The position numbers were made by a program, and so were the translations under genes. 64,000 nucleotides of DNA, from contig NW_019091359.1 in the NCBI RefSeq assembly GCF_001949145.1, positions 1,562,540-1,626,539 on the forward strand. The letters run 5' to 3'. Origin of the DNA: Acanthaster planci (Eukaryota). How positions within the stretch are numbered: the first letter of the stretch is position 1; every line of letters begins with the position of its first letter. Below the pieces are notes generated by a model. The model saw only the letters and a program-made list of their open reading frames with translations, was not told the DNA's origin and ran no database searches. This document shows, piece after piece, positions 11,401 to 23,898 of this stretch.

Positions 11401-14400
11401 TTTTATATTTTCATATGACTTATTTTTATATTTTATAATTTATTTACTTATTCACGTATGTATTTTTTATTATATAACTATTGTATTTTAAATTTCTATC
11501 GTATTTGTGTGTTTTTTAAAATTCGCATTTAGCCTATTTATTCCAGTTTTACTTCAGTTTTAACTCTTTTCATAATGACTATAACAATGATAATTCATGT
11601 ATACCTTATATAATAGATAATCTTTTAGACACTTACCTTTCATTACTTCCCAGATGTTATTCTAAATGCATGCATTTTGCATCATATGTACCTAAAACCT
11701 AAAATCCAACCCCTTTTATAGAACAAAATTCCTTTTGTGCCTGTTTCACTGTAGTTAAGGTTTTGCAAACTTCACACTCTTATTACAACTTTGTGGTGCA
11801 ATCATCTCAGTTTAGTTAGTTACCTAATCCCTCTTATTAACATGTAGGCTAGCTGACTCAGCAGAAACCACACCTCCGGCCACCCTGTGAATGTAATAGA
11901 GATTGAGTAGTTCATAATAAACACGGTACGCTGGAGCGTTACAGTAATGATGTCACCCGATCCGACTACCCACCGCTATTAAACGAGGCTATTAAAACAA
12001 AATGCCTCTGTACGAAGTGTGCCGGTAACACATTATAATAGGCACCAGAATTACGTAATACCTTAACAGCATTGTCATGATGAGTCGTGGTCATGTTAAA
12101 AGAAAAAAGGAGTCTGGTCATGTTCACCTGCGTATTGTAGTGGGTTAGGGACAGGATTGGTTTTAAGGATGATGTCCGTCGTTTGAATCCTAGAGGGTGT
12201 ATTTTTCATCTCTTCTGTATTTTCAGTCTGTTTCTTGTTTAAAAAATAGAATTTGAAAGGTTAATTTCTGAAACGAAATTTTAGCCCTGCAGATTGTTTT
12301 ATTTGAGAAAAAACATACCCATTTCAACATGTGGTCGACTTGAGCCTATTTTATAAGCGTCATACCCATATTACATAATACGATATTGTATGACTGCCTC
12401 GTTCCGAATGTTGGTATTTCACTGTAAGTGGGTGGTCGAGTCGGGTGTGTATGTTACAACGCAGGATGAGTATGGCCTGATTTCCCGACTTAAGCATCTG
12501 AAATGACAGATTTGCCTAAATGGATCCAGGAAAAGGGTTGCACTTGGAATATAAGGCAATCAGTGCGTGGTCCCTCATAGACCTTTTTTGTTGTTACCTA
12601 CCATTTTGCATTTTATTACCAAAAGTTCACGCTTGGTGGGTCAAAGGTTTCGCCTTAAAGTGCATGGTTAATTCCTTAGTGTTACACACCAAGGTGCATG
12701 AATTTTCATTTAGTTCTTGTTTTTTTGTGCATACACTAGCAATGTAAGAGTTCTTTAACATTTTTGTGAATTTCTCCTTGGATTTTGCATTGATGGCCAG
12801 CCATAATGATTGAACTGACTCCCCTTCTCCATTTCCAACCAACAGCCCTTGTTTTTATATTTTGCTCACCAAGCCGTACATAGCGCCAATGACCGGGAAC
12901 ACGCCTTACAGGCGCCGAAGGAATACTACGATCGCTTCCCCAATATTACCGATGAGAACCGTAGGATGTTTGCAGGTACGGGGTATAGGGATTCTAAAAA
13001 TGTCCAGACTTTGACAAGAGATGTTAAGATGATCAAGCCAGAATAGGCCTACCAACGGAAAAAAGAGCCGGAGCAGAAGGAGAGAGCTTACGTTCTTTAG
13101 GAAAAAGTTGGTGAAGAAAAAATTGAGCAACTTGGTTTGGCAACTGATTTACGATTACTTTATAGTCAGACTCGTGAGATTTGAAGTGCTCGAAAAAGGC
13201 GGATAGTCTTTTTTAATGTTTTGACCATGTTCAGAAAAAAATATTCCAGTTCGTTTATTTTTGAGTGGTTTAAATTAACATTTAAATATTAAGAAGCAGC
13301 ACGGGAAATTAAACAGCTTAAATGGTACTATATAGTCTACGTATAGTGTAATCCCTATGCCTACGATTGTTTTAAATATCATATAAAATGACGCTAATTT
13401 AAAACCTGAACATAGGTTTTATCTTTATCACAAATAGAAAAACTTTTTCAGTAAATCTTTCTTCCCTTTTAGCCATGGTTGCTGTAATGGATGAATCGGT
13501 TGGCAATGTGACTCGAGCTTTGAAGCAGGCAGGCCTCTTCAACAACTCTGTTATCATTTTCTCCACCGACAACGGCGGCCCCGCCCATGGTTTTGACTTC
13601 AATCACGCCAACAACTATCCCCTGAGAGGAACCAAGCTGTCTCTGTGGGAGGGGGGTGTCAGGGGCTCAGGTAAGTGCAGTGGAGGTAATAACTACCTCC
13701 CGAGGAGGGTTAAAGTGGTTCTCTGGGAAGAGGGTGTCGGGAGCCGATTGAATGCATTCAGTAATTTCTTAATATTGAGGGAATGTATGGTCAATACTTG
13801 TGGTTAGCTCATAGTGGAGACCAAACCGGACCTCTGAGAGGTGTAATTTCCTGGGGGGGTTGAGGGTAGCAAGAAGTTGGCCGATTATTTTACCACACTC
13901 AATGAATATTCCTATGAGGGAACAAAATTAAACCAACTATAGTGCCAGGGGTATACGGTCGTCAAGGACCCACAAGAGGAAGGTTCATGCTTTTTATAAT
14001 AAGAACATGTACCTGATTGAAGTCTTCCTCTTACAGTTGTAAAGTTTGAATTTAAACCAAAATGACTCCAGTTTGAATAAACAACACAAGTGAAGTAAAA
14101 GTCAAAAGAAAAAAAGGAACAGTTTTTGTACATGTTCACCAATACCCAAGCAAGAGAGGGGCCTCATGAAGAAAATTTGGAGCTAGATTAAGGTCTTCAT
14201 GGGAATAAATTATTAACCGGGACGACGCAGTTAGAGATTTATTTCCTCGTTAATAATTATCTGTGTCATGTATGTCCTCTGGTTAATTCGTGTCTGCCTT
14301 GACATTTTCAACATTGAGGGACAAAGAGAATTGTAATCAATTTGTGTTCTTTTTCCTGGTGTCGGGGTAGCGTTTGTGCACAGTAATTTACTTAAGAAAC

Positions 14401-16463
14401 CGGGACGCATATCACGTGACCTACTGCACGTTTGCGATTGGCTGCCGACAATCTACGGATTGGCGGGCGGGGACGCTAGAGCTCTGAAAAACATTGACGG
14501 CTTCGACGTATGGCCAACTTTATCAGAGTATGTAAAAAAGGGGCTTTTCATTCGTGGAGCTAGAAGTGCTCAATGTTATTTCATTTTTGAAGGGTATTAT
14601 TGTAAATTGTACAAAGAAAAGGTAACTGCGTACAGCACTTTACGGATGTGAGAATGATGGAGCCAAGCTTTTGGACCAGATGTGTCCTTTTCCTGGACTG
14701 AATCGTAACAACAAGTACTTACTAGTTGTAAATCAGTGAAAATAATGACAATGTACTGCAAACTTCATTTGATTATTATCCGGTAGAAAAATATTTTAAA
14801 AATCTCTGATAGTCCTCAATATAAAGTTTACATACGAATTTCAAGGTGTTTACGAAGTGGAACCTAACCATATTCACATGGAGCTGCCCACTGGGTTTTT
14901 TGTTTGTTGGATTGTAGGGTTGTCTGTTTGTTTGTTTGTTCTAGCATTAAATGATTCTCTCTTTGTTTTGACCAACAACTTAGGGGCAGGGCCTCTCCTC
15001 GATCGGAGATCCTGCTGAACATCAATACACAATCCAAGGTATCCGCTTTGCGAATGGGCGACATGAAAATTATCAACGGCGACATAGAGGGCGGCAAATG
15101 GTCCGGCTGGTACGAGCCTGAAGGACTCCCGCCGCGTAAGTGGGGCACTGATGCAATCAGCGACTGTTTTCCATAACCACTGGTCAATTTTGCCTGATAT
15201 CCAGGACGTATTTCATGCAGGTTACCAGACAAATGGACTAGACAGTGGTTGAGAAATGGTTACTGATCGAACCTAGCGATTGCTGCCAACGCACCGATAC
15301 TGACGGGTTCTAAGTTTAAAGTTTCTGGAAAATGGATCACACTTCAACTGAATTAGTATAGTGGATGGAATTGACTATATCACATACTGAGATTTTCATG
15401 TCAGGGGTGGTATAAAATCTGTGGCTTTATTCTTTTGACATGCTTAGAGTCCCGAGTCATTTTCTGCTGCTGAGATTTTGCAGTTACGCAATGTCGTTTC
15501 ATTTTTTGGTTTAATTTGTAAAAGAACTATTTTACCATTAACAGAAAAAATTGTGTGGCATTCGAACAACACCTCTAGCCAGAAAAGACGTCTCATGCTA
15601 TTAATAACTGTGCTTGCTTGAGTCGCCTGGCTGGTTCGAAGCCACTAGTGAACAAAACTGAGTTTTAAAAATAAACTTCCCCCTGGCAATGATTCCAACA
15701 TGTCAGCCAAATTATGTACCTCAACGCCAACGGTAATGTAATGAATATTTCGGCACACATAAATAATTCTCAGGTGGTCTAAAACGTATATAATGTTCTT
15801 CTTGGGCACAGACTACAAGCCACCTCCCCCGCCAGCCGGGGCAGACGTTGTAAACTGCCTCACCAAGCCTAGTAACGCGTCAACGAACTGCAAACCAACC
15901 GAGGCAACCTGTCTCTACAATATCACCAACGACCCTTGCGAGTTCTACAATATCGCCGCCTGGAATCAAGGTACCCGTGCCAGTGTATTTCTATAAGTAG
16001 ATAGTTTCCATCGACGTCAATACACTTCTCATAAAACCTTTCAATACGTTATCGTTGTCAGGCAGTGTCCAAACACGAGCATCACTGTCTATACGGCTAC
16101 GGTTGCCCACAATCGCGAGGTTACGGCTGAAGCGATCCGTAGCCGCATACTATATCCGATTCGGCATGGCATCAAAGTTCACAAATACAGAGAGGAAAGC
16201 AAGCAGTTGGCCTCACACAAACCCTCAGGAGGCTGTTTCCTTTCTGTGAAAGAATTTAACTTCTGCTTGGATTATGTTTTTCTCGTTCAACTTTTCCAAT
16301 GTCAGATATCGTAGCGTCGATGACAAAGCGGCTGAATGAGTACAAGACGAGCATGGTACCAGCACGAAACAAAAAACCGGACCCAAAGGCAAACCCAGCT
16401 CAGCACGGGGGTTACTGGATCCCGTGGGTCGATACGACCGAGGGGGAGCGACCAAACGCTTGA
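8479..16463 (+). CDS. Arylsulfatase (ARSB/ARSI/ARSJ-like), 11 exons, 535 aa, signal peptide
   Basis: Exons with GT-AG boundaries and consistent phases: 8479-8625, 8907-9066, 9545-9657, 10458-10568, 10772-10894, 12846-12975, 13473-13670, 14371-14527, 14984-15135, 15812-15970, 16306-16463 (1608 nt, ends TGA). Motifs: hydrophobic N-terminus, [14 protein letters not shown], formylglycine motif [66 protein letters not shown]-terminal GYWIPW. Confidence 0.93.
11936..12462. mobile_element. Possible decayed non-autonomous TIR element in arylsulfatase intron 5
   Basis: CACCCGATCCGACTACCCAC (11954-11973) is the imperfect reverse complement of GTGGGTGGTCGAGTCGGGTG (12428-12447); outer GCGTT/AACGC. Confidence 0.4.
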
Positions 16464-17086
16464 TGCGCTGACGCTCTTGTCGCTGCAGAGCTTAAGGAAA
16501 ACAGTATTATAACTTCATTATGAAATATCTGTATCAAATGACAAAACTTCCAACTCGAATACATTATTGAGCTGTTTCCACTGTATGTCGTAAAATGCCG
16601 TTTAAAATTTCCTTTCACTCAGTGAAATGGCATGAAACGAGACTTACTTCTGTTTGAAATTAAATGTGTTCCGGTGTGATTAAACATGCAGTAAGCAACA
16701 TTTAATATACAGCAACATGAATATAGTGGAATTTACAATTCTTATTTGTGAATATGTAACTATTCTTTTGTTCTTAAAGTCCGCCTACGCAGTACTGCGT
16801 TTATCCTAAAATGCAAAATGTAATTCATTCAGTGTTAAAAAGCGCGGAGTAAGCAAGTTAAATGAAACCTCGCTTAATGTCAGTCATTCAAGAGACGTAA
16901 TGTTTAGCTACATACTGGGCAAAATAAGGCCATCCAGTTGTCTTTGCAGCTAGATTATACACTGATTAATGCAGTTTGTGTCGTGAACAAAATCAATGCG
17001 TTACAATGATGATTTCCCCCTTTCATACAGCATTTACAGCGTACAGCAAAAGCTGATAGTCTATTTTGTAACGTTATTCAAAAACA

Positions 17087-17092
17087 AATAAA
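17087..17092 (+). promoter_or_regulatory. Candidate polyadenylation signal of the arylsulfatase
   Basis: AATAAA about 620 bp downstream of the TGA. Confidence 0.35.
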
Positions 17093-17579
17093 GATAAAGA
17101 TAACTGTGGGCGACAGAGTCTTCCTTTTCAGACAAAAATATTTGTTTGCCTCCCGATTATCAAGCCTTACCTCCTCTGTGAACATTTATGATAACCTTTC
17201 AGACACAAGGTGGCCTGTATGCTTTGGGTTAAGCCTATCATGCTATACGCTACAGCAAAATTAATGCAAACCACATTAAACAATGCGAAATATACGGAGG
17301 AATGCAGAGGTCGAGTTTTGAGTTTGTGCTTCCCGTCAGGAATGTCTTGTTATGGTCAGGCCAGTCTGTGATTAACAAGCTAACTGAAGAGAGTGTCAAA
17401 ACCATGGAATGGCAAGTCAAGACAGTTAGAGGAAGTGAGATAGCTTTTCCCTGTCCGGTGGTCTCATTCGATGTGCCTGCGGCAGACTGGCTGAATTTTC
17501 GCCGTAGATGGCCTGGGACAGATCAGTGAGATCATTTTTCACCACTTGGGACAAACCGCCGCAGTACTCAGCGCACGAG

Positions 17580-17830
17580 GCCTGCACAGACCACCTCGAT
17601 TCTCAGCGTAGGCCTATGGCCTGTGACAGACCGGCTCCGTTCTCCCTGCGGATAGCCTGTGACAGACCGGCTCCGTTCTCCCTGCGGATAGCCTGTGACA
17701 GACCGGCTCAGTTCTCCCTGCGGATAGCCTGTAACAGACCGGCTCAGTTTTCACCGGAAGGGGCCTAAGACAGACCGCCTCAGATCTCAGCGTATATGCC
17801 TGCGACAGAACCGGCTCAGTGTTCTCCGTA
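17580..17830. repeat. 36-bp minisatellite (3-4 well conserved units plus decayed flanking units)
   Basis: Unit GCCTGTGACAGACCGGCTCCGTTCTCCCTGCGGATA repeated head-to-tail with no spacers. It explains the ACDRPAPFSLRI repeats in the ORF track. Confidence 0.9.
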
Positions 17831-18030
17831 AATGTTCTCCAAGGATAGCATCGACCAGACGGGCTCAGTCCTTTCTTGGTTCCTGTTGTTCCCTTGATCA
17901 GTTCGCAATTAAAATTGACACGGAACCAATTTGCTGTTGACAGGCAAATGAACATTGACTTTTCTTTTACTTTAAGCAAGATCCACGCTTAGCAACCTAT
18001 CCGTACCTACAGAAAGGCTCTCTCGTAGCT

Positions 18031-19230
18031 TCAAGCGTTGGACCAGCATCGTCTCACCCGACGTAGGACCTGTTTACTCTCTTCCCTAAACCGTCGGTTG
18101 GCGACGCCATAAATGACCGGATTGGCGACGTTATTGATATAGAAGAGTTCTGTGGATACTTCCGCTATGGCCAGCTTCACGTCGAAGAAGCAGCACACCG
18201 CGGTGATCCAGTACGGTAGCCAGGACAGGACAAACACTACGCTGGTGACGAATAGCATGGCGGTCGTCTTCCTCTGTAGGGGTGACAAGTAGCATCTCTT
18301 GCAGAAGAACAGCCGATGGGATCTTGGAACCGCTGCACGGCACTCTCTCACTGCTGCCGAAGCGCCCGGACAGTTGCCCGACCCTTTCGGTCCTTTTTCT
18401 GCGATCTCAGTTTCCCGCCAGCGTGCCGGCTTCGGGATGGCCACACCATCGGTGCTACCCGCAGCGGTTTCTTGGTTGGAAACCAAATCCGTGTTGCCGA
18501 TTTGAGGCACGTGATGATTTGAAAGCGGCGTCTGCTTCGTCATAACCGAGGGTTGTCGTTGTGTGGACTCGGTGTTTTCCGATGCCGCCAATGGCGCAAC
18601 TCTTACGTGTCGCCGTATGGCCAAGAACACTTGTGCGTAACACACTAATATTATTACAACTACAGTAACAAATACGACGAACCTGTACATGTACTTTAGC
18701 GCGTACGATAACGTATGTGGTCCCCACGAAGCTGTGTCGCCAACCACTACCTCGATGATGTATATGGGGACATGCCCGGCTGCCGCAGTGATGAAGGCAC
18801 ACACCACAGCTTTCTTAGTCCGTGAGGTTGTCATCCAGCGGCGTTGGGGACGACAAACAGAGTCATAGCGATCCAGTGCAATCAAGCCCGTGATGAGCAC
18901 ACTCGTGCCAATCCATACGCGGTTCACGTAGTCGAAGGTGCTTATCCAGAGGCCTGACACTGTCGCACCGGCCAGACACACGGACCACACTACCACATAG
19001 ACCAGGTGGTGGACGCATACCATGAAATCGACGAGGGCGAGTGCCTTTATAAGAGCATCGGTAGTCGACTTTCGGATTTTGCCCCAGTACACGCAGAGTA
19101 TGAGGCAGTTGCCCGACACGCCTAGGCCAAACACGAGCACAGAGTAGGCCAAATGGGCGGCGACTTCACTCACCTGGGCACCATTATCACTGACGATGCA
19201 CCGTACTCTGGAGGTTTGTGTGGAATTCAT
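18031..19230 (-). CDS. Single-exon class A orphan GPCR, 399 aa (GPCR-2)
   Basis: MNST (sequon), GVSGNCLI, LALVDF, ALDRYDSVCRP, LQRKTTAMLFVTSVVFVLSWLPYW, NNVANPVIYGVANRRFRE. Confidence 0.93.
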   Translation of the reverse strand: MNSTQTSRVRCIVSDNGAQVSEVAAHLAYSVLVFGLGVSGNCLILCVYWGKIRKSTTDALIKALALVDFMVCVHHLVYVVVWSVCLAGATVSGLWISTFDYVNRVWIGTSVLITGLIALDRYDSVCRPQRRWMTTSRTKKAVVCAFITAAAGHVPIYIIEVVVGDTASWGPHTLSYALKYMYRFVVFVTVVVIILVCYAQVFLAIRRHVRVAPLAASENTESTQRQPSVMTKQTPLSNHHVPQIGNTDLVSNQETAAGSTDGVAIPKPARWRETEIAEKGPKGSGNCPGASAAVRECRAAVPRSHRLFFCKRCYLSPLQRKTTAMLFVTSVVFVLSWLPYWITAVCCFFDVKLAIAEVSTELFYINNVANPVIYGVANRRFREESKQVLRRVRRCWSNA

Positions 19231-22200
19231 TCCGGCACCAGTTGATCTTTTTGGGTGTAGGAGGAGTACCAGACTTAGCTAAAAATGACAGAGGTGGTCT
19301 GTACGCTACTACACGATCGACTTCAAGTTAATGTTGACGTGTTGGGTCACCCGACGATTCTTGATAAGTTTGCCACAGTATCACATTTTGACAGCAATAA
19401 GAGTTATTCTTTAAATCAAATTCTTTCAGTTTTCCATGCAGCAAAAAGGTATCTTGCCTGATGTAAGGTAGTACGAGCATTTTGGTCAGAATCCCAGTAT
19501 AGAACTAGAAGCAGACGGCTCGCTCAGATAAGAGAGATGGCTCGCTGAGAGCGATGCATTTAAATCAATTTGCCAGCCAGCCTAAAAGCTCATAAGTAGA
19601 AGAGTTTTGGTTTATTAGGAACAAAAATATCGTGTTGATAATTTACAGTGTGGAACGTGATCTCCGCGCATGCTTCATCATACATCCTGTAAATTAGTTG
19701 TGTCTTTTTATACATTCAGTCTTCACGGGCCTTTATTAAGCACACAGGCCATTATCCTTTTTATATTCTGGGAAATGGATTTTTTTTTCAGTTGCAAAAG
19801 TTTTGAATCGATTGCGGAAATGTGAGGCGAAAGGTGTTGGTTTTTCATCTTTTATTGATGAGTTGAGCGTTTGACTCGAAAAGACAAATATTAAACATTC
19901 GGTTTTCATTTTTTTATCATAAACGGCTCAGTGGTAAGAATTCTTTGTAAAATTACCACCAAAACCTTAAGGTTCCTAAGCTCCATGATGGAATTTTCAC
20001 AGCTTATTTGATATTCACCTAAGGTCCGATCAGCAAGCTCCGTACAAATCTCTTATTAAAGTTGACCGTTCACAAGTACCCTTCAAAGAAGTTTGTGAAG
20101 TACGTCACAGTTGCAGATGCGCAAAGTGGGCGAAAAACAATCGCGCACAAGTGCCACTCGCATGCAGATATGTTGACATAATTATGCTATATATTATTCT
20201 ATAATTGCCTCTGGAAACGGAAATTATAGGATGTTATAATAGACAGTTCTCTTGTGGAAATAACTATGTTTATCAAAAACAAATTTGATAGATATATATG
20301 TCGTAAAACGTTAATTTTCCCCTTACAGTGATTTTTCTAGGCAAGTAAAGACCGTGTTTCAATTCTTCAAAAAATGTCTTTCAAGATAAAGTTTCAGGTC
20401 AAGGAGTTTTGCTAGAGGAATGCTTGCCCTTCTATTTTTTACAGCATCAAACTCATTGTAAACGTTATGATCATCTTCAATGTTAGTCAGATCAGGTTAA
20501 CTGTTGAAACGTGGGCTATGCTGAAAAATGTTCGGACTTTGTAAAACACAGCTCCATTCATGAATTATTCCTCAGTATGTATTGGCGAAATCACACTGTC
20601 ACATAAAGTTGTGACACAGGTGTATGGTGCATATGAAGGAAATGATAAAATTGATTATTGAATTTCTGAGTTGGATATGTCAAACACGATTGATGTTCGT
20701 TGCTAAGAGTAACAAGTATATGAATAATTTGGACTTTTCCCCTAAGACTATCAAAAACGTAAACGGACGCGTACGTTTGACTGATGTCCTGGTTCTCTGT
20801 AATAAAGTCTAAAATGTTACACGGCCCTCTAGAGGGAGTTGGCACTTGACTGGTTGGTGTTACTTCAAAAAGATCTTTGTATAGGTGTTCAGTTATTGAA
20901 GTAGTACCACCAGTTAGTTATCTGTATTCAACATCATAATTATCTGTCGCATCTGCAGAAAAAAGACATCTCCTGTATACTTCTGTGGTCCATTATTTCA
21001 CAAACGTTCCTTACGTAGACCAATAACGCACTGAAGATCTTGACAGGCACGTCGAAATAATTTGATGTCTCCTTTTTCTAAGCAATGTTTAACTTTTCCA
21101 TGTTATCAAATTATATCTGAACACTCTTAGTATTTGTTTCATTTGAATCAAAATTTGTTTCATCCAAGAGTGCTTTAAAACCTCTGCATGCAAGGCGAAT
21201 GATTAATGCGTATAACATGTTATCCACCTCAAGCAGAAGCACCCCCTCATCGGTTGAAAAGAGCCATGTTGGTCGGGAGTGCACATTTTGTTGGTAGCGA
21301 TGTGACAGTAACACGTACGTTTCATAGTCATTTGTGAACAAACAAAGTGCAGTTGTTAGGAAATTGTGCCATCTCTTGGTCCAGCTTGGGGCTTGTAGCC
21401 CCAGTCCATGTTTAAACAGACCCTATACTTGGCGTAATTATAAAAAGCAAGAGAGTTTTTTAATACCCATCAGTAAGTCAGCAACTTCTCTAAGCTGCAT
21501 TCACAAGTTGTATATTAAGTCCACACTGGAATGGTAATAAAATTTGTTCATTTGGCGTTCATTATTGAAATAAAAGCGAGGTTACCACCTCAGTTGGGAA
21601 GCTTGAGTGAAAATCAAAGCAAGTGCAGATGAACTTTTTTATTACAAAATAATACCGGTCTAAATTAGTAAATAAACATTTCAGAGTGTTTAAGTATGAC
21701 TTTGAAAACAAAAACATAAGAGGGGTGTTTTTGGACGCACGCCAAACATGAAAAAGTCTAGAACCATTCCATTCGACAGCTCACAGTTTATTAAGAGCAG
21801 ATTTGAGGAACGTGATCAAAAATTGCTTCCTGTGAGGTCTACTGTTTCTTTAATAAAATGTGCTAAATTGTTATTGGCTTTTAAACCCATGTAGTCTTCA
21901 CTGTTGCTTCTTCTGGTGTCGTTTTTCAACGTAATTAAAGCACGGTCACGTTTCCACTGACAACGAAAGTACATTTGATGCAAAGACAAATTGATTTAAT
22001 CACATAAACTTTATCCACAACCGTGGCTTTTTCTTGGCACGAAACATCAATTAGTTTTGATATTTTTACGACGACCATGCGCTGTTCAAAATAATTGAAT
22101 CAATCAAATCTGGGATACACCTGATCAGGGCACACAGCATTCGCTTTATACTTTGAATAGGTTTAGACATTAACTGGCTAGAAATGGTAGGACAATTATA

Positions 22201-22287
22201 TACGTATCAAGTGACACTTACTTTGGCATTTTAATCTTTTGTTTCTCTCTTTACAGACGGGGCTTGTTACAAAATAATACAGTTCTG

Positions 22288-22530
22288 GGGCCAATTTCAA
22301 AGAGCTGCTTAAGCATAAAATTTGCTTAAGTGTGAAAAAACTTTGCTTAAAAAACAAAGGTTATCAGCTCAAACTCTATCTGATTGTAATGCTAACCAAA
22401 AAACAGCTAAATACAATCCTACAACAATATACATTACATGGAGTTTGGTCTGGTTATCTCATTTATCAAGTAAGGTTTTCTCGCGCTTAAAAGCAAATTT
22501 TGTGCTTAAGCAGCTCTATGAAATTGACCC
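22288..22530. mobile_element. Harbinger-like MITE, 243 bp, ~40-bp TIRs, CTG TSD
   Basis: GGGCCAATTTCAAAGAGCTGCTTAAGCATAAAATTTGCT ... AGCAAATTTTGTGCTTAAGCAGCTCTATGAAATTGACCC; CTG at 22285-22287 and 22531-22533. Confidence 0.85.
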
Positions 22531-23898
22531 CTGGTCTTAACAGTAGTTAAACACAATCAAAAATAGAAGGGAAAGATTTTATTTCAAATGGCAAGAGCCT
22601 CCTGATGAAAGCTGCGTCCATGTCTACTTAAAGAGACTCAGAAAGCATCGCTGATCAGGTTTCGAAGATGCGCAGTCAGAGCAGGCCTATACAAACATGC
22701 ACGCTGGCATGATGGGTGTACAGTGTTGTCTCGCTCACTTAGAAGAACTCAGTCAGCCAACCAACATTTCCTTATCATATTACTAACGTTTGACAACCCA
22801 ATTGTCAACACAATTGCTGATCGTAAACAAAATGCCGAAAACTGGAGTATCAGTTTGGCTTCAAGAGGCAGTATCAACATTTCGAAAAGGTATTTTTTGC
22901 GAACATTTTCCGAGTTCCAGACGTGTTTTTTTATTTTTTAGATGCTAGAATGAGATCACGCACTGTCTCTTCCACGACTATTTGCGTCATGACACCTTGC
23001 GTGCTGTCGGCGTCTGTTACTTTCATATGGAAACCAGGCTTAAAATTAATGGCCATTACTGTAGGGACATTTTACTAAAAGCCAATATATGTGGCCCCCC
23101 AGGATGAAAAATGAGATTTTGTAAACTGAGCTTAATTTCTGGGAGTCAGGGCAAGATCCACTCAGGACATTTTCACCAATATCTTCGAAATGCTTGATTT
23201 GTCTAGCGATTTTTTCGGAAATAGGTTAGAAAAAAATTATTATTATTATTGATTTATTTGATTCATGTGTCGTGGCCAATCGGCCAAATTGTACATGAAT
23301 TACAATATAATAAAACTAGTAAGAGTGGATAAGAATGCAAGATATAAATATTACAAAATGAAAAAGTAAAAACCATAATTAAAAGAACTTTTCTCATTAA
23401 CGTCTTCAAACCTGTAATAAAGGTTGAAGATTCACAGATGTACTAATGATGAATAGTTTAACATGAATTTCAAGTTTGAAAACGTAACCCCCAGTGGTTG
23501 TAAAAAAACCCAAAAATACCCTCGACTCCCTTGTGCTGCACACTTTTATCTAGGGCAATTTAGTCAATGCTTGCAAACTTTTAAATTGGCCTTACGGGGG
23601 AGGGGAATTTATCGAAATTAAGTGTAAGTGGAAGTAAAGATGGTAGTTGTGAATGAGGATAATTCTCCGGGGATCAAACGGCAGAAGTAGATTTTATTAT
23701 CTGTACAAAAAAACTACATTTATATACGTTTTTACACTTTTATACAGCTTTGAATGAGGAAATCTAGGAAAAAGGCAGTATTTAACGTGCACACCAAGCA
23801 GCCAATTACATAATTGGGCTCAATCTATTGAGAATATTCAGCAGCATCGTTCTACAATGTATGTATAAAATAAGATCGATTTCTGAATTGTTCCGCTA

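Noticed and set aside
11340..11640. Very AT-rich tract in sulfatase intron 5
   Set aside because: Low-complexity intron sequence with no periodicity or termini that I can support.
13800..13830. tRNA/SINE A-box-like strings (GGTTAGCTCATAGTGG; also GGCTCAGTGGTAAGA at ~19925)
   Set aside because: No B-box or cloverleaf at the proper spacing.
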